Shown in pieces: positions 40,616 through 50,153 of a DNA stretch of 64,000 bases (positions are counted from its first letter, which is position 1; every line of letters starts with the position of its first letter). The notes beneath the pieces are model-generated. The model searched no databases. It was given only the letters and a program-made list of their open reading frames with translations, and had not been told where the DNA came from. The translations under genes and the position numbers were made by a program. Source of the stretch: a virus; the IMG/VR virus record IMGVR_UViG_3300034198_004780, positions 1-64,000 of that record; one strand, written 5' to 3'.

Positions 40616-42247
40616 ATGCCATATACAATAAACAGAACCAACGGATTAAAAATAACAGTAGTTCAGGACGGTACAATCAATACTTCTGCGCTTGACATTA
40701 CTCTTATCGGAAAAAATTATACAGGGTATGGTGAAACATTTAACGAAAATTTTGTAAAACTATTAGAAAATTTTTCAAATACTACTCCTCCCAAAAAGCC
40801 GTTGTCCGGGCAACTATTTTTTAATTCTAGTACCAAGTCTTTAAAAGTTTACGACGGCACTAAATTTAAATCAATCGGAGTTGTTGAAAGCAGTGACACT
40901 AAACCGACAGGTATGAATGCTGGCGATCTATGGTATAAAACATCAGAAAAACGTTTATATGCCTATAGCGGAGTTGGATCTGATTGGATATTAGTAGGGC
41001 CCATATCAACTAAAGCATCTGTCAGTGGGGCAATTGAAGCAACTATCACTGCTACTAACTTAGTTTCACAAACAATTTTGAAACAAATTGTAGCAGGCCA
41101 AAATACATTTATATCATCCGCGGATCGATTTGATGTTTCCCCAACCGATGATGCGTATTCTGTATTTCCTAGAATTAAACAAGGAATAACATTTCCAAGC
41201 GCAGACGCTAACGGAATAAGTTATTCTCCTAATGTGTTTGGACATATTCTATGGGGTACCAGTGCCACTGCATTAGGGCTTGTTAAAAATAATGGAGATT
41301 ATGTATCGGCTGATGATTATTTAAGAAGGTCAGAACTTGCGTCTATAACCGGATCAATTACAGTTAATAATGATGATGGTATTTTAATCGGTTCTCAGGA
41401 TGTGTTAAAATTGCACATTACTGATAGTAATGTAGCCAACGCCAGTGTTATTAATGGATCAATTTTAAAAATCAATGCAAGATATAATGGCAATCAATAT
41501 TATAACATTATTAGTTTAACTACAGGAACTAATAACGATCCTAAAGTACTACCTAATCCTGCAGCAACGGTTTATATTGGAACATCATCAAATCCATTTA
41601 GCTACGCATATGTTAATACGGTTACTTCTAATGCTATTTACGATAATGGTGCACGAGTACTTACTACTTCGACAATTGCCGGAACTGCTAATCAAATTAA
41701 CGTAACTGCAGGTATTGGCGCTATTACACTTAGCCTTCCGCAAAATATTCATGCTAGTGCAAGCCCAAGATTTAATGGAATGACATTAAGTAGTTTAACT
41801 GCTGGATCATCTCCCTCAATTATTAACGGAGCTTGGCAATTAGCTGCCGGCGCAACTTTTCAAGCAACCTATGCCGACTTAGCAGAACGCTATGCCGCTG
41901 ATGCTGAATATACTCCAGGAACTGTTTTAATCATTGGTGGAATTGCAGAAGTTACCACAACTGATCGCCACGGAAATACTGCGGTTGCTGGCATAGTATC
42001 TACTAACCCAGCGTACACACTAAATGAAACTGCTGGTGATAATTCTACACATCCGTATGTTGCTCTTAAAGGTCGAGTTCCCTGTAAAGTAACAGGATCA
42101 ATTAGCAAGGGAGATTTGCTAGTTACTTCATATAAAACAGGATACGCAGAACGTGCTCATGCTAATGATAACCCAAATGCTATCCTAGGACGAGCATTAG
42201 CAGATTTTGATGGTGATGACGGAGTTATCGAAGTAATGATTGCCTAA
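40616..42247 (+). CDS. Tail fibre protein, paralog 4, with C-terminal peptidase G2-like chaperone domain
   Basis: Same N- and C-terminal modules as paralog 3. TAAATA upstream. Confidence 0.72.
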   Translation: MPYTINRTNGLKITVVQDGTINTSALDITLIGKNYTGYGETFNENFVKLLENFSNTTPPKKPLSGQLFFNSSTKSLKVYDGTKFKSIGVVESSDTKPTGMNAGDLWYKTSEKRLYAYSGVGSDWILVGPISTKASVSGAIEATITATNLVSQTILKQIVAGQNTFISSADRFDVSPTDDAYSVFPRIKQGITFPSADANGISYSPNVFGHILWGTSATALGLVKNNGDYVSADDYLRRSELASITGSITVNNDDGILIGSQDVLKLHITDSNVANASVINGSILKINARYNGNQYYNIISLTTGTNNDPKVLPNPAATVYIGTSSNPFSYAYVNTVTSNAIYDNGARVLTTSTIAGTANQINVTAGIGAITLSLPQNIHASASPRFNGMTLSSLTAGSSPSIINGAWQLAAGATFQATYADLAERYAADAEYTPGTVLIIGGIAEVTTTDRHGNTAVAGIVSTNPAYTLNETAGDNSTHPYVALKGRVPCKVTGSISKGDLLVTSYKTGYAERAHANDNPNAILGRALADFDGDDGVIEVMIA

Positions 42248-42263
42248 TCATTTTTTGGTTAAC

Positions 42264-42291
42264 GAAAAGGGACACCTCGGTGTCCCTTTTC
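42264..42291. terminator. Bidirectional intrinsic terminator between convergent operons
   Basis: GAAAAGGGACAC-CTCG-GTGTCCCTTTTC: a 12-bp perfect stem with A/T tracts on both sides. Confidence 0.9.
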
Positions 42292-42305
42292 TTTGGAGAT
42301 AAAAA

Positions 42306-42890
42306 TTAAACAGTTTCTTTAGTCTTCTTTTTAGGAGGATCTAATTCATCTGCTGTTTTACGGAGTTTAGCAGCTTCTTTATATAAAGCATCTGCGCGAG
42401 ACCGCATTTCAGTTGGAGATAATTCAACATTATTACTAATTGTTTCTTCTACTATTGCTGGAATCTTAGTACCTAATCCATCGTCAATTGTGGGTACTAC
42501 TGAATTAGACCCGTCTTTTATGGTCAAATCATTTAGGGTTATTCCCTGTTGTTGAGCAATGATATTGTTCAACTCGTCCAATGGAATTGATGTTTTAGTA
42601 TCTGGAGTAACCAGGACTGAGGTTGTTGCAACTTTTTTTAACATTCCGTTGGTATGCACAAACTGTAACATGTTTGAACCATCTGGAAATTTACGGACAG
42701 ACATAATATCAGCTAGTTCGTTAGCCTGCTGGCCTGCCTCTGATTCCAAAAGAGTCATTAAAGAATCATGATAACTATCTGGGAGACCTTGTGTACCGAT
42801 TACTAGAGCAGAGTATGGGTCTCCTGGAATTGTTCGATATGCAATAACAACCCTTGCGGCATTGTTTTTCATTTTACCAACGTGTTTCAT
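42306..42890 (-). CDS. Hypothetical protein
   Basis: 194 aa, GGAG RBS. Confidence 0.75.
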   Translation of the reverse strand: MKHVGKMKNNAARVVIAYRTIPGDPYSALVIGTQGLPDSYHDSLMTLLESEAGQQANELADIMSVRKFPDGSNMLQFVHTNGMLKKVATTSVLVTPDTKTSIPLDELNNIIAQQQGITLNDLTIKDGSNSVVPTIDDGLGTKIPAIVEETISNNVELSPTEMRSRADALYKEAAKLRKTADELDPPKKKTKETV

Positions 42891-42902
42891 TTTAATCTCC
42901 TA

Positions 42903-43154
42903 TTAGGCTTCTGTAGTTTCAGCAGCAGGTTGTTGGGTAGCCACAGCATTTAGGAATCCATCTAATTTATTAAATGCACTTCCTACTGCTGCCATTTCAG
43001 CTGCCTTAAATGCACCACGCTGACTTGCTACGTCGATAATAGCACGTAGATTGCCTAGGTCCTGGATTGTTAATTCTGGACTAGCTGATGCCTGTGATTC
43101 TGGTGTTTGCTCTGCTGATGTTGTTTCTACTGCTGCTTGTTGTTTTGTAGACAT
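42903..43154 (-). CDS. Hypothetical protein
   Basis: GGAG RBS; IIDVASQRGAFKA core. Confidence 0.7.
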   Translation of the reverse strand: MSTKQQAAVETTSAEQTPESQASASPELTIQDLGNLRAIIDVASQRGAFKAAEMAAVGSAFNKLDGFLNAVATQQPAAETTEA

Positions 43155-43163
43155 TTTAATCTC

Positions 43164-43445
43164 CTATGTGTTCTTGTCTAAGTAAGGACATGTTAGACTC
43201 AATATAGTTAGTTCTTTTGCATCCTCGACTCCAATTTCTTGAATCTCTAACATTTTGTTACTTGAATCTACTTTTAACGATTTGGTAATTGAATACCTGC
43301 TATCTAAGTTATGATAAATCCAAGCATCTATTGCGTCAATACTATGTGTCTTAACGATCATTTTAGCAAAGTGTTGAGGTATGTAAGTTAAACGTCTTGC
43401 GCCCAAGATATTGAGCGGATTTACAGACCCTTTTCCTAAAGCCAT
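43164..43445 (-). CDS. Hypothetical protein
   Basis: 93-aa ORF in a tightly packed operon. Confidence 0.65.
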   Translation of the reverse strand: MALGKGSVNPLNILGARRLTYIPQHFAKMIVKTHSIDAIDAWIYHNLDSRYSITKSLKVDSSNKMLEIQEIGVEDAKELTILSLTCPYLDKNT

Positions 43446-43457
43446 AATGTACCTACT

Positions 43458-44717
43458 TTATTTATAATATGCAACCTGGCCATATGGTGGAATTATGGAT
43501 TCCGTACCGTGAATAATAAACAGTGTTTCGCAGAACTCTTCTGGACCCCAACTGCCGCATGGATATCCGTCTGTAAACATAATAAAACGTTTTGGATCAA
43601 TATCGTTTTCTTCCATAAAACGGAAGTTGGCTTCAAAGTCTGTACCGCCCCCGCCCTTAACTTCGTAGCTCAAAATGTCACTGGCAGTATCTGCTGTAAA
43701 CTCGGCAAAATTATAAACATCAGTGTCAAAGCACCAAAGTTTGAGTTTAAAATCTACATATTCGTCCATAATGCCTTTAACTTCGCTGATAAAGTCTTTG
43801 GCCTGCTTGTCCGAAATACTGCCGCTCATATCAATAGCACAACATACATCCACTGTTTCGTCATTGATCATACCTGGTAAAATAGCACCAGTCATTTGGC
43901 TTTTACGATTTGGACGGCTAAAGCTGAAGTTGCTCTTAAGAATACTTTGGATATTCATACGCAACAGTTCACGCCAATCCATTTTAGGTTCTGTAAAATC
44001 TTTAATCATACGTGCTACACCTGCTGGAATCTTACCAGCACCTGCGGCCTGTGCGGCACTGACCATAGCTTCTTTGATCTCATCGCGGATCTGCTTCTTT
44101 TCTTCAGCAGTTAGTTTAGGACGACCTTTGCCCTTGCCTTCTTGATCCCCACCGTCGTCATCCTCACCTTCTCCATCGCCTTCACCATCCAAATGCTCAT
44201 CAAGCAATTCGCCTAGTGAACCGATGTCAATCTTTTCTGCTTTTTCATAAACATCATCATAAATCTGCTCATATGACCAACCACGATATTTGTTGTCTTG
44301 GAAGATTTTGATCCATTCTGGAACTTCGCCAATGCGTTCATCTTTGAGGATTTGATTAGCGGCATAGTCAGCGGCAATGTTTGACAATGTTGGGTCACGG
44401 CTATCACGACGACCCATATGATCAAATACGTTATGTAGGACCTCGTGAGCAAATCCAAACTCTGCTTGTTTTGGAGTAAGACGATCTACAAATCCTACAT
44501 TGTAATAAAATGTACGACCATCTGTAGCAAGTGTAGGACACCAATCACTAGCATCAACTAATTTCAAACGAGTAGCAAGATTGCCAAAGAACGGATGACG
44601 CAACAAAAGACCAACACGAGCCGTAGTTAACTTTTCGATAACCTTGTTCTTTTCCTCGTTGGTAAAAACACGAGTCTTGTCAATTTTTTTAGTACGCTCT
44701 TGCTTCATTGTAGTCAT
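43458..44717 (-). CDS. Metallopeptidase-like plus vWA domain protein (MoxR partner)
   Basis: T.ATDG, HEVLH (HExxH), MIDAS DMSGS, GGGGTDF, FTDGY. Confidence 0.9.
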   Translation of the reverse strand: MTTMKQERTKKIDKTRVFTNEEKNKVIEKLTTARVGLLLRHPFFGNLATRLKLVDASDWCPTLATDGRTFYYNVGFVDRLTPKQAEFGFAHEVLHNVFDHMGRRDSRDPTLSNIAADYAANQILKDERIGEVPEWIKIFQDNKYRGWSYEQIYDDVYEKAEKIDIGSLGELLDEHLDGEGDGEGEDDDGGDQEGKGKGRPKLTAEEKKQIRDEIKEAMVSAAQAAGAGKIPAGVARMIKDFTEPKMDWRELLRMNIQSILKSNFSFSRPNRKSQMTGAILPGMINDETVDVCCAIDMSGSISDKQAKDFISEVKGIMDEYVDFKLKLWCFDTDVYNFAEFTADTASDILSYEVKGGGGTDFEANFRFMEENDIDPKRFIMFTDGYPCGSWGPEEFCETLFIIHGTESIIPPYGQVAYYK

Positions 44718-44749
44718 TTTGGGTTCCTAGTATTTCAGTGTATGTATAT

Positions 44750-44778
44750 ATTATACAGTTATTCTTTGGTTTTGTCAA
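44750..44778 (-). promoter_or_regulatory. Sigma70-type promoter
   Basis: TTGACA-17 nt-TATAAT upstream of the vWA gene. Confidence 0.8.
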
Positions 44779-44944
44779 GTCCAAAATGAGCCAGAATCAT
44801 CTCGTCTAAAACCAAACAACTGCATGTAGTTCTGTTAAATTCAGCTGCCTCTTCAATGATCAGTTTGGCAAATAAGTCCAATCCCTCTTGATCTGGATTA
44901 TCTTCAATTCCGGCTTTTTGTTTAAGTTCAGTTAAGTTTGTCAT
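44759..44944 (-). CDS. Small hypothetical protein
   Basis: 61 aa; ATGA coupling with the upstream small ORF. Confidence 0.6.
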   Translation of the reverse strand: MTNLTELKQKAGIEDNPDQEGLDLFAKLIIEEAAEFNRTTCSCLVLDEMILAHFGLDKTKE

Positions 44945-45012
44945 TCGCTAGTGTCTACAGCTACAATAATAGCAACTAGAGCAATCAAGATCAAAGCAAT
45001 CCACATATCCAT
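44941..45012 (-). CDS. 23-aa single-pass membrane peptide (not in the ORF track)
   Basis: MDMWIALILIALVAIIVAVDTSE*, with TAATG and ATGA overlaps at its ends. Confidence 0.5.
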   Translation of the reverse strand: MDMWIALILIALVAIIVAVDTSE

Positions 45013-45179
45013 TAGTAATTTTCTTTAACCAAATAGTATTGTGGCTTTGGATATTTCTCTAAAATTTCTTCGCTTTTGATAAATGCGTTCATAACTGGAG
45101 CAGTAAAAAACATTTTATTGAGTACTGGTTTATGTGTTTCTGAATCGATCACGCTTAGATACCATGATTTTACAGCCAT
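45012..45179 (-). CDS. 55-aa hypothetical protein (not in the ORF track)
   Basis: MAVKSWYLSVIDSETHKPVLNKMFF...YYLVKENY*, with a purine-rich RBS. Confidence 0.6.
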   Translation of the reverse strand: MAVKSWYLSVIDSETHKPVLNKMFFTAPVMNAFIKSEEILEKYPKPQYYLVKENY

Positions 45180-45214
45180 ATTATATTCTCTTTTCTTTTA
45201 TTGTGTGTTAAGTG

Positions 45215-45235
45215 AAAAAGGACCCCGTAGGGTCC
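45215..45235 (-). terminator. Intrinsic terminator after the MoxR gene
   Basis: GGACCC-TACG-GGGTCC-TTTTT on the - strand (cUACGg tetraloop). Confidence 0.85.
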
Positions 45236-45239
45236 AATT

Positions 45240-46322
45240 TTAATTCTCCATTGCTGAGATAATGTACTTGCCGTATTTGGCGTGGAACTCATCAAAGCTC
45301 TTGAGCTTGCTGGCATCAAACGGTAAGCTGTATTGTGTAAGGGCAACTTTGGCACCCATAACAACCAACTCGGTTGGGAAATTATCCATCATAAAACGGA
45401 AGAAACAATCAGCCATGTCATTCCAGTTCTTGACTTTCTTTTCATGTGCTGTTTGTAATTCATAGCACATACTAATAGTCAAAGAATACATTGCTGAAAT
45501 CTCTTTAATCTCCAACTTTGTAACCTCACCATTTAAAATAGCTTCAGGCTTTGGCAACTGATTGGCAATTTTGCGATGTGCCATAAACTTCACTGCCAGA
45601 CCATCCCCGATAGCGCCAGCTACGAGATCAGTGAGCGTGTTCTCCGGCAAGTCATCGTCACCGAGGAGGTCTGACACGAAGCTCCATGAACGAGGCGTGG
45701 CAAACGCACGACTCGAACTTTTTGGATCAAAGTCGTAGAGGTCTTGTTTAGCAAAACCACAGTAACCTACAACTTGTTCGTGAATCTTATTTTTAACAGC
45801 CCATTCTTGCCAATCATCATAATTAGTTTTAAGTTCTAAATGTAAGAAACGATTAGCTAACGGAGCAGGCATACGATATGTAACACCTTTGTCGCTTTCG
45901 CGGTTACCAGCGGCAACAATACTAACACCTTTTGGTAAATGATATGTACCTACTCGACCATTAAGAATCAGTTGATACGCCGCGGCCTGCGTAGCCGGGG
46001 CCGCGGAATTTAATTCGTCTAAGAATAGAACTGCGGTACTATCTGGATCACTTGGCAACTCGCTCGGAGCCGCCCATTGCATTGTTTGTGCTTCTGGATT
46101 AAAGAATGGAATACCTTTAATATCTGTAGGTTCCCAAAGTGATAAACGGACGTCAACAACTTCACGGTCTGTTTCTTCTGCAATCTGTTTAACAATGTCT
46201 GATTTGCCAATACCAGGAGCTCCCCAAAGGAATACTGGACGGCTCACTTTAAAGCATTTACGAATAGCCGCTTTGGCTTCGTTAGGTGTTTGTGTACGAT
46301 TAGAACTGATTGACTCTGCCAT
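45240..46322 (-). CDS. MoxR-type AAA+ ATPase
   Basis: Walker A GAPGIGKS, Walker B LFLDE, AAGN, PLANRF, TPRSW. Confidence 0.92.
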   Translation of the reverse strand: MAESISSNRTQTPNEAKAAIRKCFKVSRPVFLWGAPGIGKSDIVKQIAEETDREVVDVRLSLWEPTDIKGIPFFNPEAQTMQWAAPSELPSDPDSTAVLFLDELNSAAPATQAAAYQLILNGRVGTYHLPKGVSIVAAGNRESDKGVTYRMPAPLANRFLHLELKTNYDDWQEWAVKNKIHEQVVGYCGFAKQDLYDFDPKSSSRAFATPRSWSFVSDLLGDDDLPENTLTDLVAGAIGDGLAVKFMAHRKIANQLPKPEAILNGEVTKLEIKEISAMYSLTISMCYELQTAHEKKVKNWNDMADCFFRFMMDNFPTELVVMGAKVALTQYSLPFDASKLKSFDEFHAKYGKYIISAMEN

Positions 46323-46373
46323 TTTATGTCTCTTTCTATAAAAGTTAGTTTACAACGCTCACTGCATACATAT

Positions 46374-46402
46374 AGTATAGCGTCAACTAGCAAAAAGGTC
46401 AA
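46374..46402 (-). promoter_or_regulatory. Sigma70-type promoter
   Basis: TTGACC-17 nt-TATACT upstream of MoxR. Confidence 0.7.
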
Positions 46403-46809
46403 GTGGTGGTTTGTCCAGCGTCTTCGGTGTTGTTTTTCAGCGACATGGCCTTGGCAATTCCAAACTTTTGGACATCACCGCTAAACAGTACCAATTGGAC
46501 AGCAGTTTTTTCTTTGAATACAATTATAGATTTTTTGGTTATATAGTATGGACCATCAATAAACCGATCTAGCCAAATGGTAACTTGATTTGTAAGTGTA
46601 AATTCTTTTGGAAACTCTATATTGTAGCTTTTCATATCCATTCGTTCAGTGAATACACTAAATCCCTCATCAGTAAGACGCATGCCGCCTGTTTCTTTCT
46701 TACGGGGATTTTGCCAAATAACAACGTGATTTTTGTTTAAACTTTTTAGATCTGATGGCCAACCTAACTGCTCGCTGACTATTTTGGTTAAAGAATGTTT
46801 AACATCCAT
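46399..46809 (-). CDS. Hypothetical protein
   Basis: 136 aa; GMRLT.EG. Confidence 0.7.
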   Translation of the reverse strand: MDVKHSLTKIVSEQLGWPSDLKSLNKNHVVIWQNPRKKETGGMRLTDEGFSVFTERMDMKSYNIEFPKEFTLTNQVTIWLDRFIDGPYYITKKSIIVFKEKTAVQLVLFSGDVQKFGIAKAMSLKNNTEDAGQTTT

Positions 46810-46811
46810 TA

Positions 46812-47093
46812 TTAGAGTCGAGTACCTGTGGTCAATTTATATACAGCAAAATCGGCGCAGTTAAATAATTCGTTTAATTTTTTAGCAAGATTTATAGCAT
46901 GCCCAGAATTTGAAAAAGAAATCTTCTTGTATTTTGGACCTAATTGTTGTGCTACTAAACTTGTGGTTTTTAGATTAACCGGCTTGTCTTTATAAAAAAC
47001 AGCCCAAATGGCTTCAGCCTCAAGTACCTGTTCAGTCTTGTAGGTTTTCTTACTGGTTATTTCTAGAAGCACAATTGGCTTAGGGCGGCTCAT
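46812..47093 (-). CDS. Hypothetical protein
   Basis: 93 aa, MSRPKP start; TAAATA upstream. Confidence 0.7.
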   Translation of the reverse strand: MSRPKPIVLLEITSKKTYKTEQVLEAEAIWAVFYKDKPVNLKTTSLVAQQLGPKYKKISFSNSGHAINLAKKLNELFNCADFAVYKLTTGTRL

Positions 47094-47138
47094 TCTACGT
47101 ATCCTTTTATATATACGCAGTTATTTATTCAAAAACCG

Positions 47139-47363
47139 CTATAAACTGCCACCATCCATTTTAACAGTAACATCGCCTGATTGTTGTACAGACAGCGCAA
47201 TAGCATCTAAATCACCGGCTAAACGAGTCATTACCACTGCTAGACTTTCTTCTAGTAAGGTTGCTTCATCTATTGACAAATTAACTGTCTTTTGACTACT
47301 TTTTCGAGCAATTCGAGCCTTTTCGAGGAACAATTCGATAGGTAAAGTATTGAGTGGTTTCAT
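47139..47363 (-). CDS. Hypothetical protein
   Basis: 74 aa, tightly packed. Confidence 0.65.
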   Translation of the reverse strand: MKPLNTLPIELFLEKARIARKSSQKTVNLSIDEATLLEESLAVVMTRLAGDLDAIALSVQQSGDVTVKMDGGSL

Positions 47364-47364
47364 T

Positions 47365-47847
47365 CTAGTCCTTGCTTACAGAGTTAAGTATCGAACGCAT
47401 TTCTAATTCGGTCTTAAATGGGCCTTGAAATGGATAGCGTTCCAGTGTAATCAGTTTGGGACAAAATGATTTAACCCAACCTTTACGGAATTTAATTACA
47501 TAATACCCAGCACAATACAAGCTCTTGCTCTTTGAGCTTTTGGCATAAATTGGCAACTTTTTCTTAACGTTCCATAGTGGACTAAACGCTCGTCCGTTCA
47601 TTGGAAAACCATAAATGTCTTGAGAAGTTATAGTTGGCCGTGTTGTCTTTTCTTTTTTAATAGCATCTTCTGTGATAGTGATGCCGAATCGTTCTTTAAT
47701 TTCTGTAAGATCACCTACTTCAATTTTTTGACCTCGACAAAGAACGCTGTAGCCTTTTTTCTCTTTGCTAAGAGTGCCAACTTTTTCACCATCGGTCTCT
47801 AGAATCCAAAATTTATTTGGAATTAATACTTTGGCAGTTGTTATCAT
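47365..47847 (-). CDS. Hypothetical protein
   Basis: 160 aa, basic; ATGA overlap with the RNase H gene. Confidence 0.7.
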   Translation of the reverse strand: MITTAKVLIPNKFWILETDGEKVGTLSKEKKGYSVLCRGQKIEVGDLTEIKERFGITITEDAIKKEKTTRPTITSQDIYGFPMNGRAFSPLWNVKKKLPIYAKSSKSKSLYCAGYYVIKFRKGWVKSFCPKLITLERYPFQGPFKTELEMRSILNSVSKD

Positions 47848-48836
47848 TTATGATACCTCGCATTTAATGGATCTGAATAACTCTGTGCCTGTTCACTTAC
47901 CTTAATCAAATCGTAGGTAGCACAGAATTTAATAAGTCTAATACCCACTTGACTGATATTCTTTTCTTTAGCAATTTCTGCTTTAATAGTATCTTCAATC
48001 CACATTTTTGGTTCTGCTGGATGTGCCTTAAGATCGCATAAGGTAACATTGCGAGCGTAGTCATCTAACACACGATGCTCTTTACCTTCATGATCGGTCC
48101 AACGCTGCAGCATCATGTTATTCCATGCCCAGCCTTTAGTGTTGCGATCAGCATAGGCCTCTTGCAATCCTACTTTGTTTTTTGTGCCTTTTGTGCGGAC
48201 ACCCGGATACGCTGAGAAGACGTTATCGCTAGTATCCCCTCGCATGCATTTTTCAAAGAGAAGCCATTCAGGATCCGGCGCTGGTTTTTCTTCATTAGTT
48301 TTTTTATCTTTAACTCTTTTGCCTTTTTCATCAAAGTACCCTTCGTGTGTAGTAGTAACTCCAGTAACGCCATTATACTGTTTTACGTTAGGTGCAATAA
48401 GTTGTGCAAAGTCGCCATCTGTACTAATGATAACATGATTGTCATCGGGATGTGCAGCAACCCAACCTGCAATTAGATCATCTGCTTCTAGATTAGCGTG
48501 TTGTAGAACTGTACAGTTTGTCTTTTCGTGTATGTAATCTTTAAAATCATCAAAGGTTTCCCAAAAGATTTTATCTTCTTCTGCATCTCTAGGACTCAGC
48601 GCATCACGAGCAACTTGTCGATTACGCTTGTATGGCTCGTAGTAATCCTTACGCCATGAGCGCCCCTCTAAACAAAAGATCACATGACTACCGTCAAAGT
48701 CTTTCCACGCTTTGCGTACAGAGTTTAGAATTACATGTAGACTCATTCCTACCTTTTCGCTAATGTCGCCACGTACTACATGACGAGCTCTAAAAAAAAC
48801 ATTTGCAGTATCGATTAATAAGTAAGTTTTATTCAT
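47844..48836 (-). CDS. RNase H / 5'-3' flap exonuclease (T4 Rnh-like)
   Basis: LLIDTAN, SWRK..Y..YK.NR, EADD.IA, STDGDF.QL, GDTSDNV. Confidence 0.92.
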   Translation of the reverse strand: MNKTYLLIDTANVFFRARHVVRGDISEKVGMSLHVILNSVRKAWKDFDGSHVIFCLEGRSWRKDYYEPYKRNRQVARDALSPRDAEEDKIFWETFDDFKDYIHEKTNCTVLQHANLEADDLIAGWVAAHPDDNHVIISTDGDFAQLIAPNVKQYNGVTGVTTTHEGYFDEKGKRVKDKKTNEEKPAPDPEWLLFEKCMRGDTSDNVFSAYPGVRTKGTKNKVGLQEAYADRNTKGWAWNNMMLQRWTDHEGKEHRVLDDYARNVTLCDLKAHPAEPKMWIEDTIKAEIAKEKNISQVGIRLIKFCATYDLIKVSEQAQSYSDPLNARYHK

Positions 48837-48842
48837 TCTTTT

Positions 48843-48871
48843 ATTGTACTAGATTTCTCAAATAATGTCAA
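48843..48871 (-). promoter_or_regulatory. Sigma70-type promoter, probably giving a leaderless RNase H mRNA
   Basis: TTGACA-17 nt-TACAAT, with the -10 box 6 nt from the ATG at 48836. Confidence 0.65.
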
Positions 48872-48952
48872 TAACATTGATAAATAAAGGTGCCCCTCGC
48901 GATACTCGAAATATCCAGGAGCTCTAACAGTTAAAAGGAACTATCAGCAATG
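48867..48952 (+). repeat. Conserved endonuclease leader, copy 1 (outward -35, TAAATA late promoter, structured 5' UTR)
   Basis: Near-identical to 53251-53336. Confidence 0.9.
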
Positions 48953-49552
48953 ACTATTTACACCCTCTACATAAAGACCCATAATAAAACCGGTCTTAAA
49001 TACCTTGGTCAAACTACATCAAAAGATCCACACAAATATCCTGGATCTGGATTATATTGGAAAGCTCATTTGAATAAACATGGATATGATTATAACACGG
49101 AAATCCTACACGAATGCCAATCTAAAGAAGAATTAAAAGAACGAGGTTTATATTACAGTAATCTTTGGAATATAGTAGAAAGTAATAACTGGGCTAATCT
49201 TAAAGAAGAACAAGGCGACGGTGGTAGGCAAAGTGAAGCAGTTAGAAAACGAATTAGTGAAACAGGCAAAGGTAGAATACCTTGGAACAAAGGCAAACAA
49301 ATATGGTCCGAAGAAGAAAAGATCAAAATCGGAGAACGCAATAAAGCACGTGGACCGCAATCTGCAGAAACTATTGCTAAACGTGTAGAAAAAACTACAG
49401 GTAAAAAAAGAACTGATGAACAAAAACAGCGATCTTCTGATGCACAAAAAGGAAGAGAATTAACTGAAGAGCACAAGGCTAAATTAAAAGCGGCGGCACA
49501 AAATAGAATTGCACCGCCGTGGAACAAGGGACTTAAAAAAAAGTCTAGCTAA
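48950..49552 (+). CDS. Free-standing GIY-YIG (Seg-like) homing endonuclease with NUMOD3 repeats
   Basis: TIYTLY.KTH.KTGLKYLG, YPGSG..W..HL.KHG, WANL; PWNKG and SE....KIS repeats. Inverted relative to the operon. Confidence 0.88.
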   Translation: MTIYTLYIKTHNKTGLKYLGQTTSKDPHKYPGSGLYWKAHLNKHGYDYNTEILHECQSKEELKERGLYYSNLWNIVESNNWANLKEEQGDGGRQSEAVRKRISETGKGRIPWNKGKQIWSEEEKIKIGERNKARGPQSAETIAKRVEKTTGKKRTDEQKQRSSDAQKGRELTEEHKAKLKAAAQNRIAPPWNKGLKKKSS

Positions 49553-49922
49553 TCTCTGACTTTCCGTTAGGCAATTTGTTTACATTAATATAACCCGAAC
49601 CTCTACGATCCATTCCGGGTACGTTTTCTTCACTGCCTACTTCACGACATAAATCACTAAACCACTGATCTACAAGTTCTTCATCTGTAGTGCCAGTGTA
49701 TCCATTGTTTCTTAACATCGACACAAAATACTCATTCCAGTCAAGTTCAAAAAAGCCATTCTTTGGATTTTCTGGATTTACGTGAGTTTGTAAAACGGTT
49801 ACCCACGGCTCCTTATTGGCAGTTGCTGCCGTCTTCGGATCTGCTGGACTAGCGTCTACTCGATACTTTTCAGCTTCTTTTGTTTTTTTTGACTTGAACA
49901 AGTCTTTAATTTTTTCTAACAT
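49545..49922 (-). CDS. Hypothetical protein
   Basis: EPWV.V...NP..GFFELDWN. Confidence 0.7.
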   Translation of the reverse strand: MLEKIKDLFKSKKTKEAEKYRVDASPADPKTAATANKEPWVTVLQTHVNPENPKNGFFELDWNEYFVSMLRNNGYTGTTDEELVDQWFSDLCREVGSEENVPGMDRRGSGYINVNKLPNGKSEIS

Positions 49923-50152
49923 ATCTTACCTTTTATTATTGCTACCAAAAATTCTTCTTTAGTCAACCAGTAATTTTCAAAAACTGGTGTACCTGGTCCT
50001 GTCCAAACAGCTTCACCATGATACCCCAATTTTAACCAAATCCAGCAACCACTTATTAAACAGCGATGCGGCCACCATGCAAATGTTAATCGCCATTGTG
50101 CTTTTCTAAAAAAAGCATCATACCAATCTCTTGTTTCAAATGGGATCGGCAT
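49916..50152 (-). CDS. Hypothetical Trp-rich protein
   Basis: Likely start MPIPF at 50152; FAWWPHRC..SG..IWL. Confidence 0.6.
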   Translation of the reverse strand: MPIPFETRDWYDAFFRKAQWRLTFAWWPHRCLISGCWIWLKLGYHGEAVWTGPGTPVFENYWLTKEEFLVAIIKGKIC

Positions 50153-50153
50153 A

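Noticed and set aside
48890-48950. Endonuclease leader as an HDV-like/theta ribozyme (CCCCTCGC resembles L3)
   Set aside because: Could not build P1/P2 of the nested double pseudoknot, and there is no adjacent tRNA.
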